Below, one piece after another: positions 27,515 through 40,263 of a DNA stretch of 64,000 nt. The first letter of the stretch is position 1. The number at the start of each line of letters is the position of its first letter. Made by a program: the position numbers and the translations under genes. Source of the DNA: Eledone cirrhosa (taxonomy: Eukaryota); the NCBI GenBank assembly GCA_964016885.1, contig OZ024740.1, positions 126,356,001 to 126,420,000 of the forward strand, read 5' to 3'. The notes below the pieces were generated by a model. The model did not search any database, was not told where the DNA came from, and worked only from the letters and a program-made list of their open reading frames with translations.

Positions 27515-27730
27515 TATAGGCACAGGCCAGCAATTTTTTTTTTTTTGGGGGGGGGGGGGTCGATTAAACTGAGCCCAGTGAGTGACTGGTACTTTATTTT
27601 ATCGACCCGATAAGTATGAAAGGCAAAGGTAACTTCAGCGGGATTAGAACTCATATCATAAAGGGCCGTAACTCTATGCTGCAAAGCATTAGGCGTCCGG
27701 CCCTCTGTTGATACTGCCAATCCACCGCCC
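27515..27730 (-). mobile_element. tRNA-derived SINE (family 1)
   Basis: Reverse-complement homologue of 889-1075. Confidence 0.78.
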
Positions 27731-27750
27731 CTCATATATATATATATATA

Positions 27751-28785
27751 ATTGGAGGCTTAGTAAAATCGAATCTTTGGCGGTGTGCAAGCAAATTTGA
27801 CCTACGATATGAATGAACTAGCAAAGCACTCGACAAGGGTAGGTCCTGAGAGTAATAACATACGTTTAAATAGCTTGACAAATTGAACATTGTGGTAGGC
27901 AAAATCTAACACACAATACCAAAGTAACGAAAGAACTAACATGTTGAAAAAATACACCTGCCCAAATCAAACGTTATACGTTTGAAGTGTTTCTATGAAT
28001 CCGAAATCAAATATCAGACTTACGTAACTGGCAAGCTCGTGGTATTCATGATCGAACAGAGAACTCATTTTATCAACAGGAATTTCGTTCTACCAAAGAA
28101 CGGGGCGAAACACTAAATGGTGCCGCTAACAGCAGCGATTCGAACATTTAGTTGTCACGTGTTATTTCCAACAAGAGAAATAAGCCCCGGTTTTTTGGCG
28201 GGTCATTCAAAGTGTTAGACAAAGGAAATATTATAATTTCCGCTAACATTCAGAATAAGCGCTCAAGCAGATGTTATGAAACAAACACAAATATTTAACC
28301 AACCAACAGAATTGTCTAATTAAATTAATTAGTTAATTATTAAATCTAGGAGAAAATAATATAATTGGAGGCTTAGTAAAATCGAATCTTTGGCGGTGTG
28401 CAAGCACATTCGATCTACGATATGAATGAGTTAGCAAAGCACTCGACAAGAGTAGGTCCTTAGAGTAATAACATACGTTTAAATAGCTTGACAAATTGAA
28501 CATTGTGGTAGGCAAAATCTAACACACAATACCAAAGTAACGAAAGAACTAACAGGTTGAAAAAATACACTTGGACAAATCAAACGTTATACGTTTAAAG
28601 TTTTTCTATGAATCCGAAATCAAATATCAGACTTACGTAACTGGCAAGCTCGTGGTATTAATGATCGAACAGAGGACTCATTTCATCAACAGGAATTTCG
28701 TTCTACCAAAGAACGGGGCGAAACACAAAATGGTGCCGCTAACAGCAGCGATTCGAACATTTAGTTGTCACGTGTTATTTCCAAC
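27751..28785. repeat. Partial tandem duplication, ~420 bp shared, period ~613 bp
   Basis: 27751-28172 matches 28364-28785 at high identity; short (TA) runs at both ends. Confidence 0.9.
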
Positions 28786-28799
28786 ATATGATATATATA

Positions 28800-28958
28800 T
28801 AACTGTTTCTACTTTTGGCACAAGGCCAGCAATTACCCAGTACATTACTGGTACTTTATTTTATCGACCCCGTAAGGATGAAAGGCAAAGTCAACCTCGG
28901 CGGGATTTGAACTCAGATCGTAAAGGGACGTAACTATGCTGGAAAGCATGGCGTCCGA
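28800..28958 (-). mobile_element. tRNA-derived SINE (family 1), truncated
   Basis: gtttctacttttggcacaaggccagc..ctggtactttattttatcgacccc..gggatttgaac. Confidence 0.8.
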
Positions 28959-29149
28959 ATATATAACGCCAATCATTGTGAGTCTGAATCTAACTGACAT
29001 GCAAAAACATAAACATATGAATAAGGTAAGTCCAAATCAGAGTAGATTCAAATATCACAGAGAGAAACAGAGAAAGAGTGTGTGAGAGAGAGGAGGGATA
29101 GAAATGAGGTGTGACAGAAATGAAACACCGATTTTCACAAAGTTTTGTC

Positions 29150-29370
29150 AGTTGTCTCATTGGCCTAGCGGTAGCTACTAGAGAGGGTGGAGATCCTGTC
29201 TTGGGTTCAATGCTGGTTAAGAGGTGCATGTAATGATTTTCAGGCTTTTATTTACATGCCATAGAAAAAACTGCAAGGGTTTGCCGGGGACCCCACTCCC
29301 GACCATGATCGAACTTCAGATCACCACCGCCTATGATTTATCCAACTATTCCACCCAGACATATGTAAAA
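29150..29370. repeat. Convergent pair of tRNA-like Pol III heads, copy 1
   Basis: + strand TGGCCTAGCGG..GGTTCAATGC; - strand TGGAATAGTTGG..AGTTCGATCA. Confidence 0.55.
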
Positions 29371-29378
29371 GTATAACG

Positions 29379-29454
<76 letters not shown>

Positions 29455-29551
29455 GCGACAGAAATGAAACATGAATGTCAGGTTAAAATATTGTCTAGAT
29501 AGATGAGAAACAAAACGAGGATGTAGTTTATGGAACACCCAAATAATTTAA

Positions 29552-30006
29552 AAGTCGATCTTAAGTAGGAGCAATAACATTAAGAAAGACATGAACGACA
29601 CCAGATCATTTTGTATTGAATATTTTGAAAGTAGGTTTATAAGTATGAATTTTCATCAGATTTACGTAGCTGTCTCATTGACCTAGTGATAAGTACTAGA
29701 GAGGGTGGAGATCCTGTTCTTGAGTTCAATCCTGGTCAAGTAGTAGGTGTAAGCTTTTTCAGTATTTATTTTACATCCCATAGAAAAAAAAACTGAAAAG
29801 GTTTACTTGAGACCCTACTATCAACCAGGATCGAACTTCAGACCAGCATCATTACCGTCCATGATTCCTCCAGCTAGGCCACCGAAACACATACAAATGT
29901 ATAATGAAAATTAATAACTATAAGCCTACTTTCAAAATCAAAGTTGAAAAGATGTGGTGTCGTTCATGACTTTTCTAGTGCTATTACTCATATTTAGGGT
30001 CAACTT
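29552..30006. mobile_element. Convergent tRNA-like heads, copy 2, inside ~100-bp imperfect terminal inverted repeats
   Basis: 29552-29657 is an imperfect reverse complement of 29904-30006; B-boxes GAGTTCAATCC (+) and AGTTCGATCC (-); A-box TGGCCTAGCTGG (-). Confidence 0.55.
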
Positions 30007-30107
30007 GTCGATCTTCTAGCTCTTTGGTAACGACCGTATTATTCTTCTGTATGTTTAATTGTTGAATTAATTTAATCTATTTATTTTAACAAACAAATAA
30101 TTCCTAT

Positions 30108-30348
30108 ATATATTAATAAAAGGAATTCCAACTTTTTCTGTTTTACTCGTTTTATTTACAATCCTTTAAAATTTATAATGGTATTAGAATGAAATAGTTT
30201 GGTAGAATATTAAATGTTAAGTGTTAATTGACACTTAACATTTAATATTCTACCAAACTATTTCATTCTAATACCATTATAAATTTTAAAGGATTGTAAA
30301 TAAAACAAGTAAAACAGACAAAGTTGTGGAATTCCTTTTATTAATATA
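30108..30348. repeat. Almost spacer-less 240-bp palindrome; right arm repeated at 31604-31750
   Basis: Apex gtgttaattgacac at ~30221-30234. Confidence 0.92.
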
Positions 30349-30408
30349 ATCTATACACAATCATACACACCCGTGTATATAAATCTCCCCCCCCCCCCCT
30401 CTCTCTCT

Positions 30409-30487
<79 letters not shown>

Positions 30488-30489
30488 CC

Positions 30490-30530
<41 letters not shown>

Positions 30531-30577
30531 TTAAAAGAATAGAGGTGTAACACACAAGTTATGATATATATGTGTGT

Positions 30578-30648
<71 letters not shown>

Positions 30649-30728
30649 AGACAGAGCGAGAGAGGAGTGGGATAACGGAGGTGCGACAGAAATGAAACAT
30701 GGATTACAAATTAAAATATAATCTAGAT

Positions 30729-30948
30729 CAGGCATGTCAAACTGAACATCTCCCGAGCACCACATGGGTCACATATGTGTTGTCTGAGGGCGCCGCATGA
30801 CAACTAATTGCACACATTACAATGAATATTTTTTAATTTTATATTACGAAGATAAAACATGTTCACGCTGTAAAGACGTTTGTGCGGGCCGCAGGTATGC
30901 TTGTGAAGGGCTGCATGCGACCCGCTGGCCGCATGTTTGTCATGCCTG
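30729..30948. mobile_element. hAT-like MITE
   Basis: Terminal inverted repeats CAGGCATGTCAAAC / GTTTGTCATGCCTG and subterminal gcgggccgca-type motifs; no clear 8-bp TSD. Confidence 0.7.
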
Positions 30949-31565
30949 GTTTTGAGTATGCAACGAATAAAGAAGGGCACAGAACTGTAAGAACAGATAA
31001 TGGCTGCAATGTCTCACATATGTAGGTTGTTGACCCGCTATGTTTTACTGCATTGCAGTAATGACTGCCGTGTCACAGTTGAATAGAGTCTGCTGTCACT
31101 ATTGCCTGTTACCGTTGTTAGAAAGGTTGCTGTGCGGGCTGGACAGAACAACGTCGGAATCCTCTCACTCTATTCTCATCACAGTATAGAATGGTTCACT
31201 CAACACACGAACTTGAATGATGTCATCCACAGGCTCCTAGACAAAGCCATTTCAAATGTCACAGGTTGAGCCATCCATCTCGATCCTGGTGATGGTAAGT
31301 ACTAGGACGTAATATCAGAATCAATATGCATATGCCCAACAAAATATCATATAGCAAAGCCTCGCCAGAAGATATTTAACTCTAAGCCTTTGCCAGAAAT
31401 GGTTTATTGAATAATCATTCTAAAACGGTAGCATTAACAGTATAAAATCTAATACCGAAAGTACAAGCTGATGAAAGAATCCGTGTAGGTGATTGAAACA
31501 AATGTAAACCAAACATTATATATATACATATTGAAAATTGCAAACTTGACTGCCACGACACAATA

Positions 31566-31604
31566 TGAACCTGAAGATTGCGAAAGAATGAAACTACTTG
31601 TTCA
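31566..31604 (+). ncRNA. Minimal type I hammerhead (weak stems II and III)
   Basis: tgaac-CTGAAGA-ttgcgaaagaat-GAAA-ctac-TT-gttca. Confidence 0.62.
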
Positions 31605-31744
31605 ATTAACACTTAACATTTAATATTCTACCATACTATTTCATTCTAATACCATTATACTTTTTAAAGGATTGTAAATAAAACGAGTAAATCAGACAAA
31701 GTTGGAATTTATTTTCTTAATATAATCTTCTATCATACACACCC

Positions 31745-31811
<67 letters not shown>

Positions 31812-31959
31812 TGTGTGTGTATATATATACATATATATAAATATATATTTATAAAGTAGAACATTGGCGGGTTACATCCGTATTAGTAGAGCACCCAATC
31901 AATGGGACGAGTTTGGTAGAAGTAGTTTCTCAACAGTTAATTCACCATATATATATATA

Positions 31960-32580
31960 TTGTTTTACTTGGGGAGGGTCATATTGTTGTAATAATATTG
32001 CCAGAAATAATAACAGAACACACTTACTGTTTGGTTGGTTTTCGCTTCTGTATCTTTTATATCTGAACGGTTAATTCATTTGGTCCTCAATGTTTATCAT
32101 TGACTGACCAACGGTAAAAAAAATATAGATATAAACACATATATATATAGTCTAACAAAGTTCTTTCATTGCACATCTGCACCATCATCAGTGGTACTAC
32201 TATGTTCCTCCTGTTGTATTGTATGTCTACGCCATTTTCATTTCATCTGTTTATTTAATTATTTATTTTTGTCTTCTTCTCTGCGCATGCGTTTGCGTGT
32301 GTGTATATTGTTTGGTGTGTGTGTTCGCGTTTGGGTGACTGTGTTTTGGTTATTGTATTCTATCTTAGTTTACTAGTGTGTGTTTATATGTGTTTGTTGT
32401 TATTCTGCTTGTGTATATATGTATTTATTTATTTATTTATATTTCTCTTAAGTCAGTATTGTTTGTTTGGGTGTTGTTGTTATTCCATTCATTTTTCTGT
32501 TTAGCTTTGGCCTTCTAATCTCTAATTCGCTTGCCTCTCTGATTTGCCTACCTGCTGAGTCATTTCTATGTTTAGAATAA
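31960..32580 (-). mobile_element. PLE 3' end (GIY-YIG tail + pseudo-LTR with HHR at 32153-32196), same family as 20515-21772
   Basis: RQIREASELEIRRPKLNRK; tacca-CTGATGA-tggtgca gatg tgcaat-GAAA-gaac-TT-tgtta. Confidence 0.82.
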
Positions 32581-32589
32581 AAGCACAAT

Positions 32590-34600
32590 TCGGTCTTTGG
32601 CGATCCGAGACGGACACGAGATAAGCGATTCCAAGCAGTTGTGTGAGGCACTTTGTTCGGGGAGAGTGGCGGGTCAGAGAGAGTAGCAGATTTCAGTCCC
32701 TACCTTGACAGCTTGCCGCGCATATCGATGGTCGACGCTGAGTGATTACTTCGACGACCGATTACTTCAGTCGATATTCAGAACGCCCATGTCGGCTGCA
32801 TGAGGCGCAAGTCACCCGGTTTGGATGGCGTGCCATACGAGCTTTACGTAAATATGCCAGGCTTGTTGTCCGATCTCCTCGAAGCGCTCTACTGCAACTA
32901 GCAGCAGAATGGGAGTATTCCCATTTCTGTAAGCGGGAGAGTGGTGACGCTGAGGAGGAAAGACGAGAACAAGAGGGATAAATTAGACAACTTCAGGCCC
33001 ATAACTCTGCTCTACACAGAGTTTAAGATTTTGACCAAAGTGTTAGGAAAGAGATTGGCGTTTGTCGTCGAGGATTTGCTTGGGAAGGCACAAACTTGCA
33101 CAATCCCAGCCAGGTCCATACACGACAGTCTCCACCTCATGCGATACATCATAGAGAGGGTAGGGTGTAAACCTGGCTTCTGTGGGGCACTGATCAATTT
33201 AAGTCAATCGAAAGCATTCGATAAGATCGACCATCGGTATCTGGAGGCTGACCTCAAAGCAGCTGGCTTCGGCCCCGTTTTCAGAAGCTGGATCGCGACA
33301 ATGCACAGCGACATATACTCGGTGGTCAAGGTTAATAGCCACCTCTCGGAACCATTTTGGCTCTCCCGATTGGTCCTTCAAGGGTGTCCTCTTTTTCCCT
33401 TCTGTACATATTGACTCTCGAGCCTTTACTGCGAAAGCTTGAGCTATTGCAGGGCATGCCGCTTGAACCGGGACGTGGAAGGGCTGTGTCGGCTTATGCG
33501 GACGACATCACCGTGATGGTGTCGGACACCTCAGAAATCGAGGTGGTCGGCAACTTATTGGAGGAATATGAAAGATTGACGGGAGCAAAACTTAACCCGG
33601 GAAAATTGGTGGGCTTGCAACTCGGCACATGGACAGGCAAGTCCATGCCATCCAACAACATCATTCGGCGCTGGACCGACGGACCGGTAAAGTTGCTCGG
33701 CGTTTGGTTCGGGCCAGACCTCCAGGTGGATAAGAATAGGGACGAGATAACGAGCAGGGTAGTCAGTCTCATCCATAAATGGGCTGCGAGGAAGCTATCG
33801 CTGAAAGGTCGCGCGGAGGTGGCGAATCGTACATCGCGTCCGTCATCAACTACCGCCTGACCGTCGTGCCTTTCCCCCGTTCGTGACTCGTTAATTTGGA
33901 ACTGCTCCTCTTCAAATTCTTGTGGAAGGGACAAGTTCCGTTGGTGAGGCGGTCCATCTGCTGCCAGCATCCTCTCCGCGGAGGGCTGGGCATGCCGTGG
34001 CTAATGATGTGCAGACATGCGCTGAGGCTGCGACATCTCCAGACATTCTGCCTACACGGTGAACAGGTGATGTCGCCGTTTATCAGACGGGCCTTTCCGC
34101 AGCTCGTTTCTTTGACTGATTTGCAGACCTGGGACAAGAAGAGACCGAGACTGTGACTGGAACCTGGAATGTTGCCAGGCACTCACTGCCCTCTACCAAG
34201 CGGACAATGCGATCAGTGTGACTTCCACTCTACAGTTCTATAGAGTATTAGTGGTGGGCAAGTGCGATGACACAATCGGAGAAGCTTTGGGCCTTGACGA
34301 AGTCGAACTGACCAGTCTGTACTGGAAGGCTTTCGAGCCGGGGATGATGGACAATTTCCAGAAATCCCTCGCTTGGCAGTGCTACCGGGGGGCACTGCCG
34401 GTTCGGGATAAACTCTACAGGCACGGAAGTTCTGTCAGACGGACCTGCCCAAGACGCGCACAGAGCCACGAAACCGTTCTGAACGCACTTGTCCAACCTC
34501 CGTGCATTACTGACTTGTGGATTAATGACAAACAGCTACTCGCGCCATTGTGCACATTTACTCGACCTTATTGTAAACCCGCACGGTGCCTGTCTTTTTA
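32590..34600 (+). mobile_element. Tx1/L1-clade LINE fragment (RT + C-terminal zinc-binding region), frameshifted
   Basis: KSPGLDGVPYELY, NFRPITLLYTEFKIL, QSKAFDKIDH, LQGCPL, SAYADDI, KLLGVWFG, KLSLKGRA, ALPVRDKL..TCP..ETV. Confidence 0.88.
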
Positions 34601-34896
34601 TTGTCTCCTACACGTCGGCCTTTGTGGCCAATAAATGAAATCATTATTATTATTATTACTATTTCTCACTCTCCTGCTATTGTTATTGTTATGACTATTA
34701 CTATTATAGCTGTTATTTCTATACTCAGAATTATTGTTTATACTACTACTATCGTTATTATTGTTGTTGTCCGTATAGTTGTTGTTTATTTTCGCATTGC
34801 AACGTATTTTTGTGAAACACTTTTCCAGCCCTTTTTACACTCGATTGGAATTATCTTATTTTTTGACACAGATTTCAGATAAAAAACCTCGCAAAA

Positions 34897-34933
<37 letters not shown>

Positions 34934-35075
34934 AGGATAAAAAGGACGATTGATTATTCCTTTATTGCATTTATTGATAGGTGACGCGCGTTTCGCTACT
35001 GATCAGCTCAAGGTTCGATCTATATCGATCCTACCCGACTCAATAATCGGCAGCTCGACGGACCCTCTTAAAATG

Positions 35076-35106
<31 letters not shown>

Positions 35107-35108
<2 letters not shown>

Positions 35109-35264
35109 ACTTGATCACCTTGACCGACTTGTCTATTGGGCGCCAATCGGTGCCGCTGGTTACAGCACGTCGTGCTGTTTTAGCCATAAGATAACGCCAT
35201 CCCACTGGCTGGGCGGGCAGGCCGGTACACATTTCTACAGCTGAGTAAACTGGAGCAACGTGAA
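35107..35264 (-). mobile_element. SINE family 2, 3' fragment
   Basis: Shares cttgatcaccttgaccg, cgccatcccactgg.tgggcgggcagg and cagct.agtaaactggagcaa with 43306-43646. Confidence 0.65.
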
Positions 35265-35416
35265 CGTTGTTTTTGTTTCCGCGTATTTATCCTGCCGAAA
35301 GTTAGTTTATAATTTTATGTCCGTCCAGTATCAGGGACATAAATTGGACGGACATATAAATGGACGGACATATAAATAACTTTCGGCAGGATAAATACGC
35401 GGAAACAAATACAACG
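35265..35416. repeat. Short fold-back with an internal duplication
   Basis: cgttgtttttgtttccgcgtatttatcctgccgaaagtta / taactttcggcaggataaatacgcggaaacaaatacaacg; tggacggacatataaa present twice. Confidence 0.82.
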
Positions 35417-36557
35417 ATAAATTCCCATTTTCCTGCAGCAAATTGCATTTGAACAGAAGCCCCCTCAATTCAATTTATATATGGACATATTGACAATCAT
35501 ATTAATCATGTATCTCCTATCTCATTAGGCATATATGTACTCTATGAGTTTTTTGGATTTATTGGATATTTTCTGTGTTTTTTTTTGTGTATTTTATATG
35601 TGTTTTTGTTTGTTTTGCTCCATATGATGGAAATACTAACTAGATACCCGCCTAATTACTACCTTTCATACTGTAATTTACCCTCCGTTCTACTGTACGG
35701 TACTATCGTTCAGTATGTAGATAATATATCTGTAACATTGATGCCCCTTTCAAAATGTCTTACTTACACATCTCCCTACGTATCAATTAGTATAGGTGCA
35801 CATATTTTTTTTTTACTCACTTCAATCTAGATTCACACTTGTAATTTTTTTAAATTTTTAAATTTTTGATTTCTGATTTTTTATTTTTTATTTTTTATTT
35901 TTTATTTTTTATTTTTAGTTTTAATTTCCAACTCTCATTCATAATTTACACTGTGAAACCATAATACCTAGAATTAAGTATATTTCCTCTTAGAGGTTGA
36001 TGGTCAATTATACTGTCCATGCGTAATGTGGGGTGGTATTGAGACCTATTGATACTCACACTCTCCCAACCCCACTAGCTTTCGGCTGACTGCCACTGAC
36101 GGGTTGGCTAGCAGTAAGCTATATATTACAGACCTGAATAGGTCATTGTTTGGTTGATAGGGAGAATTGCCTTGGCGAATTTCATTGAACTCTGCGGTAG
36201 CGGATGGTCAACTTCCTTCGGACCTGCGCCTGCGCAGACCGGTGGGGGTAAGTTGATACTCACAAGGGAACGGACGAAGAACCCAAGAGCACACACTTCG
36301 TCCGTTCCCATGTCAATTCAATTTGGATTGCCTCGGAAACTTAACCTTATTATGTAACAAGCTGCCTGACGATGTCGCAGCACTGGCGCACGGAACAGTG
36401 TGGCCACTGTCGTCATTGAAATATGTATCACTGCATTGTTATTAAAGGACTTTAACATCTGAAACTACTTCACTTTTCCATATTGGATATTTACTCCGTC
36501 ACTCCTATGTGGATAAGTACGTTGAGTGCTTGAATTGAATTGCATCAATATTTACGT

Positions 36558-36605
<48 letters not shown>

Positions 36606-36654
36606 TAAGGAATGTATATACTTTCAGACGTTAAACCATCTGGCAGGAAGGTAT

Positions 36655-36697
36655 ACGATGCTGACGATAGCTAATAAGCTTGAAACTAGTACATCGT
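36655..36697 (+). ncRNA. Minimal type I hammerhead ribozyme
   Basis: acgatg-CTGACGA-tagct aata agctt-GAAA-ctag-TA-catcgt. Confidence 0.88.
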
Positions 36698-37100
36698 TCC
36701 TGTGTCAGTGTTGAACAAAAAGGTGACGTGGTTGCCTAAACACTGTACCCCGTAATTCGAGCTATTTGTTTGTTTACAACCAAACAAACCGAGCATTATA
36801 ATAAATGTTCGGTAAACCGATACGTGCATATATATATGTGTGCATGTGTGTATATATATACATACTACTGTACGTCTGTATACATATATGTATGTACGTA
36901 TACATACATACATACTTACATTTAAGTAAGTGCCGTACTAAGATTCAGAAATAAAATTTCGTTTCATTCTATTCCATTTATCGTTTTCGGTGTGCCCGGC
37001 CGACTGAACTCACTCGATATGTAAATTAGGCTGCTCAGCCGTTAATATGCATATGGAAAGTATATACTTTCAGACGTTCAACCATCTGGCAGGAAGGTAT

Positions 37101-37143
37101 ACGATGCTGACGATAGCTAATAAGCTTGCAACTAGTACATCGT
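37101..37143 (+). ncRNA. Second hammerhead copy (GAAA>GCAA)
   Basis: Identical to 36655-36697 except A13C. Confidence 0.65.
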
Positions 37144-37357
37144 TCCTGTGTCAGTGTTGAACAAACAGGTGACGTGGCTGCCTAAACCCTGTACGGCGTA
37201 ATTCGCGCTGTTTGTTTGTTTACAAACAAACCGAGCATTATAATAAATGTTCGGTAAAACGATAGTGCATATATATACATGTGTGCATGTGTGTATAAAT
37301 ATACATACTACTGTACGTCTGTATACATATATGTATGTACGTAGACATACATACATA

Positions 37358-37452
<95 letters not shown>

Positions 37453-37534
37453 CCCACCGCCACCCCACTCTCAAGAGTGTGAAACTAATAAACCTTTGTT
37501 CGTACTGCCTCTCTGTTTTGTTCCCGTTCAATTT

Positions 37535-37568
<34 letters not shown>

Positions 37569-37586
37569 ATATATACATATATATAT

Positions 37587-38406
<820 letters not shown>

Positions 38407-38409
38407 TAT

Positions 38410-39101
38410 ATCACACCCTCTACGGAACAACCTTAGGAAATTACCCTCGGACATACACTCACAAACATTTGTTTTCCAACCACACCACCTACATCCACAA
38501 TACGTATAAATACCACACACACGTGCGTACCCCCACATATATACACACTTAGCCTCCGGAATCCTCTCCTTCCTGCCCACCCCTCGACACCTCCCCATCC
38601 ACACGCGCACACACACACTGACCTACACCCCACCCCCCACACACACCTTTTCCTGAACATGGAACCTCGTTCTTCCCCCAACTCGCACATTCACATACAC
38701 ACACACTACACACACACACACACACACGCGTACACCTACACACATACACCACCTTCAGCCCTCCTCGCTCGGACACCCCGCCTCCCTCTCCCCACTCCAT
38801 CCGCCACTACACCTACACGCTCCACACACTTTCACCACTTGTTTATCTTCATGTTTCTTTTTCTTTTTAATTTTTTTATATTTATTTTTATTTGTATCCT
38901 TCCACCGTTTTATCCACCCCCTCTTTTTTTCTAAATGTCTCTCCTCCACTCCCCTACACACCCTCGGATCTCTCTTCCCACACACTTTTCACCTGAAGAA
39001 GGGCTTATGTCCGAAACGTCCACCCCACCCCCCACTCGCAAGAGCGTGAAACTAAAAAACCTTTGTTCGTATGCCTCTCTGTTTTATTCTCGTTCCATTT
39101 T

Positions 39102-39106
<5 letters not shown>
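38410..39106 (+). mobile_element. Probable PLE 3' region with an HHR core at 38993-39020
   Basis: CTGAAGA-agggc ttat gtcc-GAAA-cg-TC (3' strand of stem I lost); terminus shared with 37452-37538 and 24218-24275; (TA)n on both sides. Confidence 0.55.
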
Positions 39107-39144
<38 letters not shown>

Positions 39145-39347
39145 TTAAGGATACTATTTATGGTTATGTATATACTAAAACTTTTTATAGTTATATATAT
39201 TTTAAACCCTAAACAGTGAAAGACAGTAATTTATTACAACCTTATCATAATGGATGTCACCCCACTCTGCATCGATATATACATATGTATCTGTATGTCT
39301 CTTGTGTTGGAAAGGAGGTCATGTATGTAAACAATCATTTAAAAATT

Positions 39348-39392
39348 GCTCCGAAGACTCCAAACCTCGGTTTGGACGAAACAATTGTAAGC
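39348..39392 (+). ncRNA. Hammerhead with one core mutation (U4C)
   Basis: gct-CCGAAGA-ctccaaacc tc ggtttggac-GAAA-caattg-TA-agc. Confidence 0.65.
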
Positions 39393-39430
39393 TAATAAAT
39401 GGTTTGAACAGAACTTTGATTCATGTGATT

Positions 39431-39486
<56 letters not shown>

Positions 39487-39751
39487 AGAAATACTCAGAC
39501 CCTCCGTCACAACTCTACTTTTGGAAAGCAGAAGAACTGCGAAACCGGTAAAGGAACAAAATAAAAATATATATTATTTTAAAAATAAGACTCCAGTTGC
39601 ATTTTCGATTTCATTGTTTTTTATATATACTTTCACTCGTGTAGGAAAACCTCAGTTATTTTTCATTTTGTAAAAAAAAACTCACTTTTCAATATATATA
39701 TATATATATACGATATTAAATAAATGGAAACTATATTTATAAAACCATATT

Positions 39752-39817
39752 TATTTCATTATATATATTTCAGGGATATCATATTAACAATATGCTATGC
39801 CTTCCTCAGACAAAATA
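39752..39817 (-). ncRNA. Type I hammerhead ribozyme (mirror copy)
   Basis: Exact reverse complement of 40001-40066. Confidence 0.78.
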
Positions 39818-40000
39818 CAATATAGACAGTTTTATAGATAAATAGATTTGACATACCGTTCAACATCGACTTGTATTTGAAAAGTTGATTTGGCAGATCA
39901 ACTTTTCAAATACAAGTTGATTTGCCAAATCAACTTTTCAAATACAAGTCGATGTTGAACGGTATGTCAAATCTATTTATCTATAAAACTGTCTATATTG

Positions 40001-40066
40001 TATTTTGTCTGAGGAAGGCATAGCATATTGTTAATATGATATCCCTGAAATATATATAATGAAATA
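40001..40066 (+). ncRNA. Type I hammerhead ribozyme
   Basis: tattttgt-CTGAGGA-agg..cct-GAAA-tatata-TA-atgaaata (stem I with two GU pairs). Confidence 0.78.
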
Positions 40067-40193
40067 AATATGGTTTTATAAATATAGTTTCCATTTATTT
40101 AATATCGTAAATATACTCCAAATACTTGTTGAGTGCTTTTATATCAGTTATAAATATTTACTAGTTGTAACCCAACAATTTAAATATAACTTT

Positions 40194-40263
<70 letters not shown>

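Larger units (their letters stand above)
36600..37360 (+). mobile_element. Non-coding HHR tandem (retrozyme-like family B), 446-bp period, ~1.7 units between (TA)n
   Basis: 36600-36915 repeats at 37046-37360; one HHR per unit; no ORF. Confidence 0.85.
39709..40109. mobile_element. Perfect ~185-bp-arm palindrome with an intact hammerhead on each strand
   Basis: Arms 39709-39894 / 39924-40109; I saw no mismatch between them; left end abuts (TA)n. Confidence 0.9.

Noticed and set aside
29150-29895. Bona fide tRNA genes
   Set aside because: A and B boxes are present, but I could not fold a convincing cloverleaf or anticodon arm.
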